Shown here: piece after piece, positions 1 to 11,372 of the stretch | Layout: each line of letters begins with the position of its first letter | Position numbering within the stretch: position 1 is the first letter of the stretch | Source: Azolla caroliniana | Taxonomy: Eukaryota > Plantae > Polypodiophyta | DNA: 64,000 nucleotides | Direction: 5' to 3' | NCBI GenBank assembly: GCA_043228905.1 | Contig: JBHGNT010000006.1 | Location: forward strand, 16,368,001 to 16,432,000 | Notes under the pieces: model-generated | The model's input: the letters and a program-made list of their open reading frames with translations, nothing else | What the model was told of the DNA's origin: nothing | Database searches by the model: none | Translations under genes and position numbers: made by a program

Positions 1-529
1 TTGAAGATGGGCCGGAGTACGAGGTTGTCGCCATCCTTGATTCCAAGATTGTTCGCAACAAGCTCTACTATCTAGTCGATTGGCTAGGCTATAGCCCCAA
101 CGAACGTACTTGGGAACCGATCGAGAATGTGACCAATGCTCGTGCGCTTCTTGAAGACTTCCATCGTCAATACCCACACAAACCAGGTCCTCAATCCAAG
201 ACGACTCGTGACACTTGTCGTTTTAAAGGGGGGATAGTGTCATGATATGGCAAGACTCGAACCCATGACCTTAAGTTATATGGGTCGAGCTCTTGACCAT
301 TAGATCATCTATTGTAAGTAGGATATTATTTTCATTTACATTTTATTATAGGAAATTACTGTATATTCCAGATTTCTCTAGAACATTCTAGAAGCTTCAG
401 GATTACTCCTGAAAACACTATAAAAGAGGGCATTAGGCATTATATTGAACCAAATTGGTTCAACGCTAGTCTTAAGCCTTTTAGCCACCATTGTATATTC
501 TCTTCATATAATACATATCTTTCTTATCA

Positions 530-581
<52 letters not shown>

Positions 582-686
582 CGTCTCGCTCACTTCTTCC
601 TTCTCTCGAAGAAGTTCCACACCTCTCATAGTACTAATCCTTCGTTTAGTACTAATTCCTTCTCTGTCTCAGTACTGTTCCTGACA
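1..686 (+). mobile_element. 3' end of a Ty3/gypsy chromovirus (Tcn1-like): chromodomain, PPT and 3' LTR (238-686), nested in the RNase H region of a related element
   Basis: 1-237 translates as EDGPEYEVVAILDSKIVRNKLYYLVDWLGYSPNERTWEP (chromodomain). PPT AAAGGGGGGATAG precedes an LTR TGTCA(238)...TGACA(686) with a TATA box and (CT)n. The sequence after 686 resumes in RNase H (LSQISEDGELHPVAFHSRKF). Confidence 0.9.
381..398. promoter_or_regulatory. Heat-shock element array in LTR U3
   Basis: GAAcaTTCtaGAAgcTTC is four perfect alternating nGAAn units about 20 bp upstream of TATAAAA. Confidence 0.6.
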
Positions 687-3119
687 CTATCCCAGATTAG
701 TGAAGATGGCGAACTGCACCCTGTGGCTTTTCACTCACGGAAATTTGGAGCTGCAGAAATCAACTATGAGATTCACGACAAAGAGCTTCTTGCCATTGTG
801 GATTCTTTTCAACAATGGCGTCATTTTTTGGAGGGCTCTTCTCAACAGATTATTGTCTTCAATGATCACAAAAATCTAACATACTTCCAAAGTGCTCGAG
901 TCTTGAATCGTCGACAAGCTCGTTGGGCGCAGTTCTTAACTCGTTTTGATTTTGTAATTCTATATCGCCCTGGGATGCAACAAGGAAAAGCAGATGCTTT
1001 ATCTCGACGTTCGTATATGGAACTTCAACCAGGAGAAGCCGCATTTGAAAGTCAAAAGCAAATCCTCTTAGGTCCTGATCGTCTACGAGTAGTGGCAATA
1101 CATACTATCAACACACCAGGAGATTCGAGGCTTCTTGATTCCATTCGAGAGCAGATTGCAACAGATGGATTCGCCCAAGAGGTTTTGAGTCATATTATCC
1201 CCGATCGTGCTTCCAGCTCTCAATCTAAAAATCCTCGTCTAGACTACACCCAGTTCAATTGGCATGATGGTTTGCTTTTTCGACAAACTCTCTTGTATGT
1301 GCCTGACGGTCCTTCTCGACTCAAAGTCGTGCAACAATGTCATGACATGCCAATGGCTGGACATTTCGGCATCCACAAGACTTTTGAGTTGATTTCTCGC
1401 CGATATTTGTGGCCACGGCTTCGCCATTTTGTTACGGATTATGTTCGTAGTTGTGATACATGTTGCCGATCAAAAAAGCCTCGACATCATCCATATGGTC
1501 TATTATAGCCAATGCCTATTCCAGAGAGCCCATGGAAATCTATTTCCTTGGACTTTATTATGGATCTTCCACCTTCCAAGGGATTTGATTCTATTCTCAC
1601 GGTAGTCTATCGTTTTACGAAGATGGCGCATTTCCTTCCATGCACGAAGACCATTACTAGTCAAGAGACAGCCGATTTACTCATGCGGGAAGTGTTTCGC
1701 CATCATGGTCTTCCGGATGATATTATCAATGATCGGGGTCCCCAATTCATCTCGAAATTTTGGCGGCACATGTTCAAACTCTTACATACTTCTTGTAAAC
1801 TCTCTTCCGGCTACCATCCAAAGACTAATGGGCAGAGTGAGCGCACCAACCAAACAGTCGAACAATATCTACGTTGTTTTGTCAACTATCAACAAGATGA
1901 TTGGGTGGATTTATTACATTTGGCGGAATTTGCTTACAACAACTCCGAACATTCTTCTACTGGCTATTCCCCATTTTTTGCTAACATTGGGTACCATCCT
2001 CGTTGGACGATGCTTGAACATCCCGAACTCCCGAAAAACCCGGCTGTTGAAGATCGGCTCACTTGACTCCAAGAAATTCAAGATATACTTTTGCATCATT
2101 TATGTGATGCCCAAAACACTCAAAAGAAGATTGTTGATCGTCATCGGCGTGATTCATCAACTACGTTTCAAGTAGGAGATCGTGTATGGGTCTTACAAGG
2201 TAGCATTAAAACCACTCGACCTTGTTACAAATTGGATTATCAACGTTTCGGCCCATATGTGATCTCTGGTAAGATCAATGATGTGACATTTCGTCTTGAT
2301 CTCCCTCCTCATATGCGTCTTCACCCGGTCTTCCATGTTTCACTTTTGGAGCCCTACACAACAAGCTCTATTCCGGGTCGTCTTACACCTCCCCCACCTC
2401 CAATCAAAGTTTCCAATGGCTCTGAATATGAGGTCGCTGCTATTCTCGACTCCAAGATCATCCGCAACAAACTATATTATTTGGTTGATTGGTTAGGTTA
2501 TACACCTAATGATCGAACATGGGAGCCTGCCGAGCATCTTGCTAATGCCTCTGACATGGTTGTTGCATTTCACGACAAATATCCCCATAAACCAAGTCCG
2601 AACTCTTGTCTTCCGACTCGTGGAACTCGTCATCGAAAGGGGGGATAATGTCATGAAGACAACATTTTGGTTATCAAGAATCGAACCCACGACTTCTTGG
2701 TCTATGTGTTGAACCCTTAACCATTGTAATAATATATATGTTGTGTGATTATAATAATTATGTTTCTAGTTATTACAATATATTAGAATATTCTAGAACA
2801 TTCTAGATTATTCTAGAACATTCTAGAACATCCTTTAATATTTCATGATTATATTTCTTATCATAAAATCTAAAATATTCTAGAACATTCTAGATTACTC
2901 CATAAGGACCTATTAATAATTGTCTATACATTCGTTTCAACTCATTTGGTTCAACACCAGTCTTTAGCCCTTAGCCTACTCATTGTAATCTTGTTTCATC
3001 ATAATATAATCTCATTTCTATTTCAAGTCTTATCTCTCTTACTCTCTCTCTCTCACGCACACACACACACACCCTCTCTCTTTTGCTCTCACTCTATCTT
3101 CTACCCACGAGTCTCGACA
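687..3119 (+). mobile_element. Ty3/gypsy chromovirus pol (RNase H-integrase-chromodomain, with in-frame stops), PPT and 3' LTR (2649-3119)
   Basis: ORFs 723-1508, 1512-2066 and 2091-2648 give NYEIHDKELLAIV (RH), the HHCC zinc finger, SLDF...DRGPQF...GQSERTN (integrase), GPY and chromodomain YEVAAILDSK. PPT AAAGGGGGGATAA; LTR TGTCATGA...CTCGACA. Confidence 0.92.
2786..2895. promoter_or_regulatory. Extended heat-shock element arrays in second LTR
   Basis: GAAtaTTCtaGAAcaTTCtaGAttaTTCtaGAAcaTTCtaGAA (2786-2828) and a second TTCtaGAAcaTTCtaGA cluster near 2878-2895. Confidence 0.6.
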
Positions 3120-3122
3120 GTT

Positions 3123-3600
3123 TGTAGAGAAATGCACGGAATATCGCTCGGCCACAACAAAGTAGTAAATCACTTCTATAAGAATCAAACAGAGAAATGA
3201 GAAATGGAGAGCACACAAGAAAATGACACAGGATGTTTACGTGGAAAACCCTAATAGGGAAAAACCACAGGAGCCCACAGACTCCGAACTATCACTATGA
3301 AGAGAAGGGGTACAATCAGAGACTCGGAGGCAATGACCTCGACCTCTGTTTCTTCACACAGTGGCGGTTACAACAGAGTATCACTTTGTATCTCTCTCTC
3401 TCTCTAACTCCCTCTCACTTTGTCGCTCTCTCTATACAACGGTTACAACAACAATAACAACACATATAAAGTGATTGCCCTAAGTCATATTTATACTTGT
3501 ATGAACTTAGGGCTATTTACAAATATAGCCTCAATGGGCTTACTCAGAAACATATTTACAGATATGTCTTCTTCATCCAATTCTCACCGAGTCTTCTACA
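3123..3600. mobile_element. Probable solo/remnant LTR
   Basis: TGTAGA(3123)...TCTACA(3600) terminal inverted hexamers around non-coding, CT-rich sequence. No matching TSD found. Confidence 0.4.
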
Positions 3601-6600
3601 TCCGATTCTCAAGATCCCATCCGAAGGGACCGAAATCCCAACACATAGGAGGAATGACAATAATCGACCACCGCATTGTCGATTCCATGATAATAGGAAG
3701 TTGAAAGGATCTCAACAGTTTTAGCATGATTCAAGAGCCAGAGATGACTCCGAATTCCAAGAGGCTCGTCAACCTCAGTATGAAAATGGTGAATCTAGTG
3801 GCTCATCTATATCGACTTGCTATATCTGCAGGAAAGATGGTCACTATCCAAATCAATGCCCGACGAAGGATAAATGCAAAGCCCCGATGGTGAATATGGT
3901 AGTGCCCGAAGTACAATAGGTAACCACTCATAATAAGGCTAACCAATCAGAGTGGGAAGTATCGGAGGCAATAAAAAAAGTGGCCAAGGATTGGGTCAAA
4001 GAGGCCAACAACAACATGTGGGCCGAATGCTGCAAGAAAGCGTTCTATCAACCAATAACTCGGAAAGTCGACTAGTTGAACAGTCGGCACCGACTATAGG
4101 ACCTGAAGACCAAGAAGCATGGAAAGTCTTGGTAGATTGTCAAGTGTCATTACCCCTAACTAAATTAATGAAATTAGTGTCAATATTTACTGAAAAGGTC
4201 GCCACAATTATTGCACAGAATGGGACAAAAAAAGTGTCGGTGAATTATACTAATCCAATCACAGGACCGGTGGTAATGGACGAGTAGAGTGCAACAATTA
4301 GGGTAATAATTCATGGCCAGGAAGTCTCAAGGAGCATTGTCGATGGTGGTTCTGGTGTCAATGTGATTAATAAGCTTACATGTGAACAACTCGGTATTAC
4401 GAAATGAGACGCCTGTCCTTTTTGGTTAAGAATGGCCAACACGAGTACTGTCTGGCCACTCAGACTGATTCGACAATTGGACATTGTCATCGATGGACAC
4501 ACATTTCAGATCTCGGCAATGGTTCTTCATTTAGATGCATCAGGTATATATCGTTTATTATTGGGTAGACCTTGGTTCAAAACTGCTAATATCAAGCAAA
4601 ATTGGCAGAAAACTATTCTGACATTCCGAAAAAGCAAGGGCAAGATTCGGTTGTCGACGCAAGAGAAGGTCACAATGTCTCGACAATGTTTATCAGTTCA
4701 TATGGAGGCAATTAACATGATGGAGGGATTGGATGATGTAGAAGAAGAACAGTACTTCGAAGATAATCCCAAGATCATTCCATTATTTGAAATTGACATT
4801 TTTCAAACACTCACGGCTTATTTCAGCAAAGAAGAAAAAGAAGAGGAGATGCTTGTCGATGATAAAACCCTAAATGAATTACGACTACAATAGGAAGCTA
4901 TGTAATGGGAGATGCGGGTATCTCAGCGAGCGCAGGCATCGGCATTAGAGGAATTAAATTTAGCCAAAAAGCCAATAAGACACTATAATGGGTTGGCCGA
5001 GTCAGCCAATAAGACACTATAATTTTGATGAAGATAGTCAATGAGAATAGAACTTATTGGAATCTGAAGTTGCACAATGCTTTATGGGCTTATCACACCA
5101 TGTACAAGACAATGATCAAGTAGACTCCGTTCCGAATGGTGTTCGAATTAGAGGCTATAATGTCAATCGAATTTCAAATTCCAACATTGCGCGTATAGGT
5201 AATCGAACTACTTGACGAGGAACAGCCGGAACGAGTTCAGGAGCAATTATTATTACTGGAGGAGAGTCGGCTCCAAGCCATGTGTCACTTAGAGCAGAAG
5301 CAAAGACAAACTAAGTCATTCGTCGATTGACACCGAAAAAATGTTCAAAGTCAGTAAGCTGGTATTAGTGTTCCAAACGAAGATGGGTTCGATGCCTGGA
5401 AAACTCAAATTCTGATGGGCCGGGCCTTTTTGGATTGTCAGCAGTAAGGATGCAACATATCAAGTCAGCACATTAGCTAGGGAGATCTTGCTGAAATGGG
5501 TCAACAGATTCCGACTTAAGCCATATCGAGGACTGACCCCGACTAACCCATTTGACCAAAGCGCGGACACAGGCAATCTGCCGCCTACCTAGTGAAAGTC
5601 GGTCAAGAGGACATGATTGTAAATAATATTATTAAAAATAATAAATAAATAAACAAAATCTTGGCAAAAATAACCGTAACAGAAAAACCATTCTTGTCAT
5701 CATTAATTCTTGGCACTGTCATTTTCAGACTATAAATGGACAGGCAGGTTAATGATTTATTATTCATTAAGAGTAGTGGCCATTAAAGCGACATTAATAG
5801 AAGATACTATGTTTATAAGGTTCTACTCGAGAAATGAACCATTTTTCCTCAAAAACTCCCACGGTTACATTCTGTGTCATAGAAAAACACAAACGTTTAC
5901 AAGCGAACAGGTCACGAACAAACCTCTCACAAAGTACTCAAGCTTCTCCACATGCAGTAAGCAGCAACAACAACCCACATAGGCACTCAGGCCTTCTCCG
6001 ACAAGCGCCGAGAGTAGCGGCCTTAGTTTCGAAGAAGATGCAAAAGACATAATGTTGATTCTAGTGTCAGATCGCTTGCGACAATGGCTGAAATCAAAAG
6101 GTTTGAAGGGATACCTCCGAGTGGTAGATGTCGAGCCACATCCTCAGGAGGAGAACCTCATTAAGGAGATCAACATCAACAAAATAACAAATAAACAGAT
6201 ACGTCGATTTCTCAATCTGAAAAACGAAGGTTATGATCAGATGGATGCTCTCGGAGCAAACGTCTTGCAGTCATATTTTGGGGAATATTCAACATCAGCC
6301 AAGGCATACAAGACTCAAGGCGGCAACGATGAAATTTTCCAAGAAGTCGCAAAATTTTGATTGGAGGTTGCATGTGTAAGTCCGCGGTTTTACTGCATGC
6401 CCAAACAACAGTCATGGTTCATCATAGCAATGTAAGAAGGGGAGAAGATTGACTGGGGGTATATTACAGGGCTAGCATTCCACGAGCAATTACATGGGGT
6501 ACAAAACAGGAAGCCCATGAAACTGATTTTCAGTCGATGGCTTACAGTCATATTCCGACACCTACTTTGGATGGTCACCTTAAGACCCCAAGGAAGGAGC

Positions 6601-8600
6601 AAGGGCAGCCGTCAAGACCAGGGTCAACATTAGCAGTCCGGCGACTAGTCCCACGAGAAGAATGGCAAGAACTGGAACCAACACATCCCAAAACCCAACA
6701 ACCGAAGCCGACCCAAAACCTTGAACCCGACATCCAGCAAAAACCGGAGTCAACTGGGCCCCCCGAACCCAAACCCATTACACAACGAGAACCAGCACCG
6801 ACAAAGGGACCTCAACCCAACCAACAGCTACGAGAGAGTCAGCCGCGACCACAAAAGTTAAGGAGAAAAGAAAAGAAAATAGATTGCCATAGCCATGGGT
6901 TCAAACCTTTCCCCGAAGCTACCGGTAGAAATCAACCGTTGCCAGTCGTTGTGTCCAACGAAGCTACGCATAATAACTGCCCCTACCAAAGTCAAAGATA
7001 TTCCCAAACAAAACAAGGTAGTCATCCGACTAAAAGACAGTGGGTCAACAACCAAGAATCTGCCGAACAGACGTTACAGTCGGAAGCCCAGAATAGGGCA
7101 AGAGTCGAATCAGTCGACACACATCCTATTGAAAGGGGGAAATCATCATCTATGACCCCAAATGAAGTAATTGGATAGCCTGAAATACCACTGGCGGCCC
7201 ACGAGTTTGCAACACTATTACAATTCAACACATCTTATGAACTCATTGATTGCCTCGCCAAGCAATTGCAGCACGCATCCGACATGCTGACCCGGGAACA
7301 TAAGGATCGAGAAATGATCCAAAAGTCCATGCTTAGCATAATCAAACCAGAGGAGTAGCAAGAATTGTAGATAACAGGATGACAACGGGATGCAAGAAAT
7401 AAGGGACAGGCCATTCAAATGTCGCCTCTTCATACAACATTGATCGAAGTACACAAGGAGTACACCAGAATAAACAAAGCTGCAAAGGACATGGCGGAGG
7501 CATGTAAAAAAGCAACAACGGCAGCTGATCGGCTGCATACACAATGTTCTACATTGCAAAGGGACAAGGACGACTTGTCGGATCAACTCCGACAAATAGA
7601 CGAGTAGTTTAAGGATGCCAATGGTACATGTAGAACCATGATCAACTACGGGCTATGGAGGAAGAGGTCGAACAGGCTAATAAACGTGCAGAAGAAGCTG
7701 AGGCTAGTTAAAAAGATGGAAGATCGTCTAAAGTTAGCTAAGACGAAGATAAGGGCATTACTTGATGCCAAAGATGGCACCATACAGCAACTGAAGCAAC
7801 AGGTAGAGCGCCAGGGAGGAGACACAACAGGAGCAGGAAAAGGTCGAAGGGCTTGAGCTATATGTTCGGATGCAGGAGGAACATTATACAGATCGGATGG
7901 ATGAGCTTGTACTCAAAAAGACAGAGATGCATACGGCATACGAGCAGCAAAAGGAACAACTCGGATGGCCCAGTATGAGGAGAAAAGACTGGCATTACTG
8001 GTGGCAGAGGCGAAGCTAATGTTTCACCAAGGGTTGGTAGAAGCTCACCTGGCAGAGATACAGAAGGATCTCACCACAATGCAATACAAGGTGAGTATGG
8101 GCGAGGAGAAGGTGCGCGTCATCTTGAGGGCACATAAGCGCCGAACACTGCAGATGGTCGTCGATTCACTAGACAAGCGTTGGAAAACATGGTCGGAACA
8201 AGCAGCCGAATTACAACTACTCCGCGCTGACAGAGAAAACCGGAAGGAGCAAGGCACATATTTCTTCAAAATAGACGAAACCTCCATCAATACCGTCCAG
8301 GACAATTTGGCACGAGGTCTGTATGAGTTGGCTGCAAACCACCGGGAGGAGATCGCACGACTAATGGAAGAATACGACGCCCACGAGATCGACACTATTG
8401 TACAGCTGGATGTCCGATATAAACGTGAGTGACGACAATAAACTGACGAAGTAGGGCCCAACAACAACAAGTCACCTTCAGAACATGCCGAGCAAATGAA
8501 CGAGTAAAGACGACTCGGAGCCAAAGGAAACATAAGCCGAATCAATGCTACGAATGGACGAGGAATAGAATGTGACCAACGCCGAAAAGTGGGGGGCTGA
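3601..8600 (+). mobile_element. Degenerate non-chromovirus Ty3/gypsy: gag knuckle, protease, RT/RH deleted, integrase C-terminus, long extra 3' ORF region, PPT
   Basis: CYICRKDGHYPNQC knuckle (~3820), protease IVDGGSGVNVI (~4340), integrase NGLAESANKTL to FRLKPY (4990-5525), PPT GAAAAGTGGGGGGC (~8584-8597). Collinear with the element at 28641-33273. Confidence 0.8.
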
Positions 8601-8970
8601 AAAGAAAGAGGAAGACAAAAGAGGAGGTCTGTTTATCTCTAGAAATTTAAATAGCTATCTCTCTATAGATATAACTTTTTATATCTATATAGATCAATAT
8701 AATGTTTTTGGGGGGTTTCAATAAGAAAAAGGTTTTCTGATGCTGTCATGTACATCAAAAAAATTTGCTTTTTTTCTGTAGTGACAATGAGATCGATTGT
8801 TCAGATCTAATACTGATCATAGGAAGTGTCGGTCGCAAAAACAACCGTTACTTTCATTTTTTAGTTGTCGAATTCTCCTTGTTCTAGCTTCTTCTTCTTT
8901 TTACTTTAACAACGAATATCGATAGTAGTTATCAGATTAGGGTATTCTTTTTAAATTAATCGACTTAGTA

Positions 8971-10322
8971 TCAAAATCCAACCGTAGTCACTATTCGGGT
9001 TGATATAGGCATCTTGTGAGCAACAATTTCCATAGCGGCTCTTGTTATCTCTTCCGACACTCCACCTGATTCATAGATTATTTGGACTGGCTTGACTATG
9101 GATACCCAATACTCTGGAGATCCTTTGCCTAATCCCATGCGTGTTTGAGCAAGTCTCATGGTGATTGGTTTGTCGGGAAAAACTCGTATCCATAGTTTAC
9201 CGCCATGGCGAGCATACCTCATTATTGCCCTTCTTCCCGCTTCTATTTATCTTGCTGTAATCCATGCCGGTTCGAGAGCTTGGAGAGAAAACTTTCCAAA
9301 AGATATTTTGTTACTGTGTTTTGTAATTCCTTTCAATCTTCCTCTATGTTGTTTACGGAATTTTGTTCGTTTGGGGTTAATACGATCGATGGCAATGAAA
9401 TCTTTCCATCTCTGATACGAAACCAGGCATGGGGATCTCTTCCCAACCGGCTCCTCATGAATTTTTATACCATTCCTTCTTCTACTTCTCTTTTAGTCCC
9501 CTCCTCTTTTCTCTTACTTCAACTCTTCATATATGAATTCGTTTCTTTTGAGTGGTGAAGAAAAATCCTAAAAAATATTTATTCCTACCAAATGTATCCA
9601 TCACGCGTACCTACAAATTATTTATGTTAGAGATGGATAGTTCTTATTTGGTATTGACTCCACGGACGAAAATGAGCTCAAAAACTTCTCTTTTGTTTTC
9701 AAACAAAGAAAAAATTGTCAATTTCCATTCAACGAAAGACAGGCTTCTTCCACCACTCTATCTCCCAGATCTACTTGATGTTTGAATCCGATTAAGAAGT
9801 CTCCTCGTTCTTTCAGTCTCTTCTGAAAAATGTTTGGGTTCACCTCGATGATGAAGCCCATTCCAATACCTAACTTGATGGGTTATCCTTGTCAACTCTC
9901 ACCAAACATGGGGCTTTTACGTAGCATCATGATAATAATGCTATATCACATAGCTTTTCGGGAGTTTATTGGTTAACCATACGATCTCAAGGAGAATCAA
10001 TTTGTAAAGTGTCTTATCTTTAATATCCATGGTATAGATTTTGGCTTCACTTAAGAGGGTTATAATCCCCTGTGCGTGGAACTTTATGTCACACAAGTTT
10101 GTCCCGTACTTAAGGTTTCGGAAGCCTAGACTATTCTTTTCTTAATGGAGCAATATTTTAACTATGGGTAGAGAGATTTTGTTTGAACAAGTCGCACACT
10201 AAGCATAGCAAAGATTTCTCGAAAAAAGGAAAATGAAGGAAAAGAAAAGATTAAATTTGTGGAGAGCAATATTTTAACTATGGGTAGAGAGATTTTGTTT
10301 GAACAAGTCGCACACTAAGCAT
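8971..10322 (-). pseudogene. rpl16: Plastid rpl16 copy in a nuclear insertion (NUPT), with group II intron; exon 1 duplicated
   Basis: Exon 2 (8971-9375) [13 protein letters not shown]...WITAR*IEAGRR...[13 protein letters not shown] has an internal TAA at 9247-9249. Exon 1 ATGCTTAGT followed by GTGCG occurs at 10198-10206 and again at 10314-10322. Domain V-like GAGCCGG...CCTGGTTTC lies near 9420-9453. Confidence 0.92.
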
Positions 10323-10449
10323 AGCAAAGATTTCTCGAAAAAAGGAAAATGAAGGAAAAGAAAAGATTAAATTTGTGTTAAATCCAGAATGGAATGAAGT
10401 TGTTATGGGTTCCAACTTCATCGGTTGTAAGGGTAAGACGAGTTTTTTT

Positions 10450-11042
10450 TTTTCAGTATCCTAAAATATCCAAATCTTTATACCTAAAACCCCATAAATT
10501 GTTTGAGTTGAATGGTGACAGTATTTTATACGTGCTCTGATTGTTTGAAGAGGTACTCTACCTTCTCTAGCCCACTCGACTCATCTTAATACCCTTATTA
10601 CTAGTCCTCCCAACCGACTCGATAGACCTTTTCATCATCCTTCGAAAAGCAACTCTATTTCTTAATTGTAAAGCAACGTGTTACGCTAGGATCTTTGGTT
10701 CCCCATACCGTTGAATAACGTTATTTAGAGTTATTGGAAGTTTTCGATCTCCAATACCTAGCATAGTATCTACATCACATTTCAACTGATCAATCTTTAG
10801 ACCATGTTCTTCAATCAATAAATTGGGAAATTCGGTATGTATTTCAATTTTAATAAGATCGTTTCTCGTTGAATCTCTATATGCTCAATTCCACCATATT
10901 TCAAACTCCCTTCCACGTACTTTTCAATTAAGATGTGTATCCTCCTATCTTCATCAGGGAATTTTGGATAATCTTCTATTTGTGCAAACCAATAAGAAAA
11001 ATACTTCTGGTTTACACCGAGTGGATGAATTTTTTGTCTTGT
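10450..11042 (-). pseudogene. rps3: Plastid rps3 copy (NUPT), frameshifted
   Basis: N-terminus (T)RQKIHPLG-VNQKYFSYWFAQ, C-terminus [14 protein letters not shown]. Frameshifts, no ATG, and the conserved FRLG is deleted. Confidence 0.88.
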
Positions 11043-11156
11043 ACATTTATACTTATTCCCTGACTTAATATTAAATAAGCTTCTTTCTAAAAAAATCTTC
11101 TCTTTCAATTTTGTTGACGCATCTCCAAAACGGATTACTTTCTCTACATTTAAAAA

Positions 11157-11372
11157 TTAAGTCCCTTCTTTAAGCGACCTCAAAGTCGACTTAATAGTTA
11201 TTCGACACCTGGGTTTCCTTATACCACGTTTCCTTATAGGATAACCACAACCCTGAGCCCTGGGTCGAAACCTGTTGAGGTATGTGGAATTATCTAGTTG
11301 GATTTCACTAATGAACAGGTTGGTTTTCTTGAATCCCAGATTAGTAGTAGTGTTTTCCACTGCGGAAAGAAC
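11157..11372 (-). pseudogene. rpl22: 3' part of plastid rpl22 (NUPT), truncated by a copia fragment
   Basis: VLSAVEN...NLFISEI...RFRPRAQGCGYPIRK...CRITI matches uL22. The plastid order rpl22-rps3-rpl16 is preserved. Confidence 0.85.

Noticed and set aside
249-312. Genuine tRNA gene
   Set aside because: A/B boxes are present but no convincing acceptor or anticodon stems; kept only as a tRNA-like module.
8971-11372. Functional ribosomal protein operon or bacterial/plastid contamination
   Set aside because: Stops, frameshifts and local duplications, and it is fused to nuclear retrotransposons.
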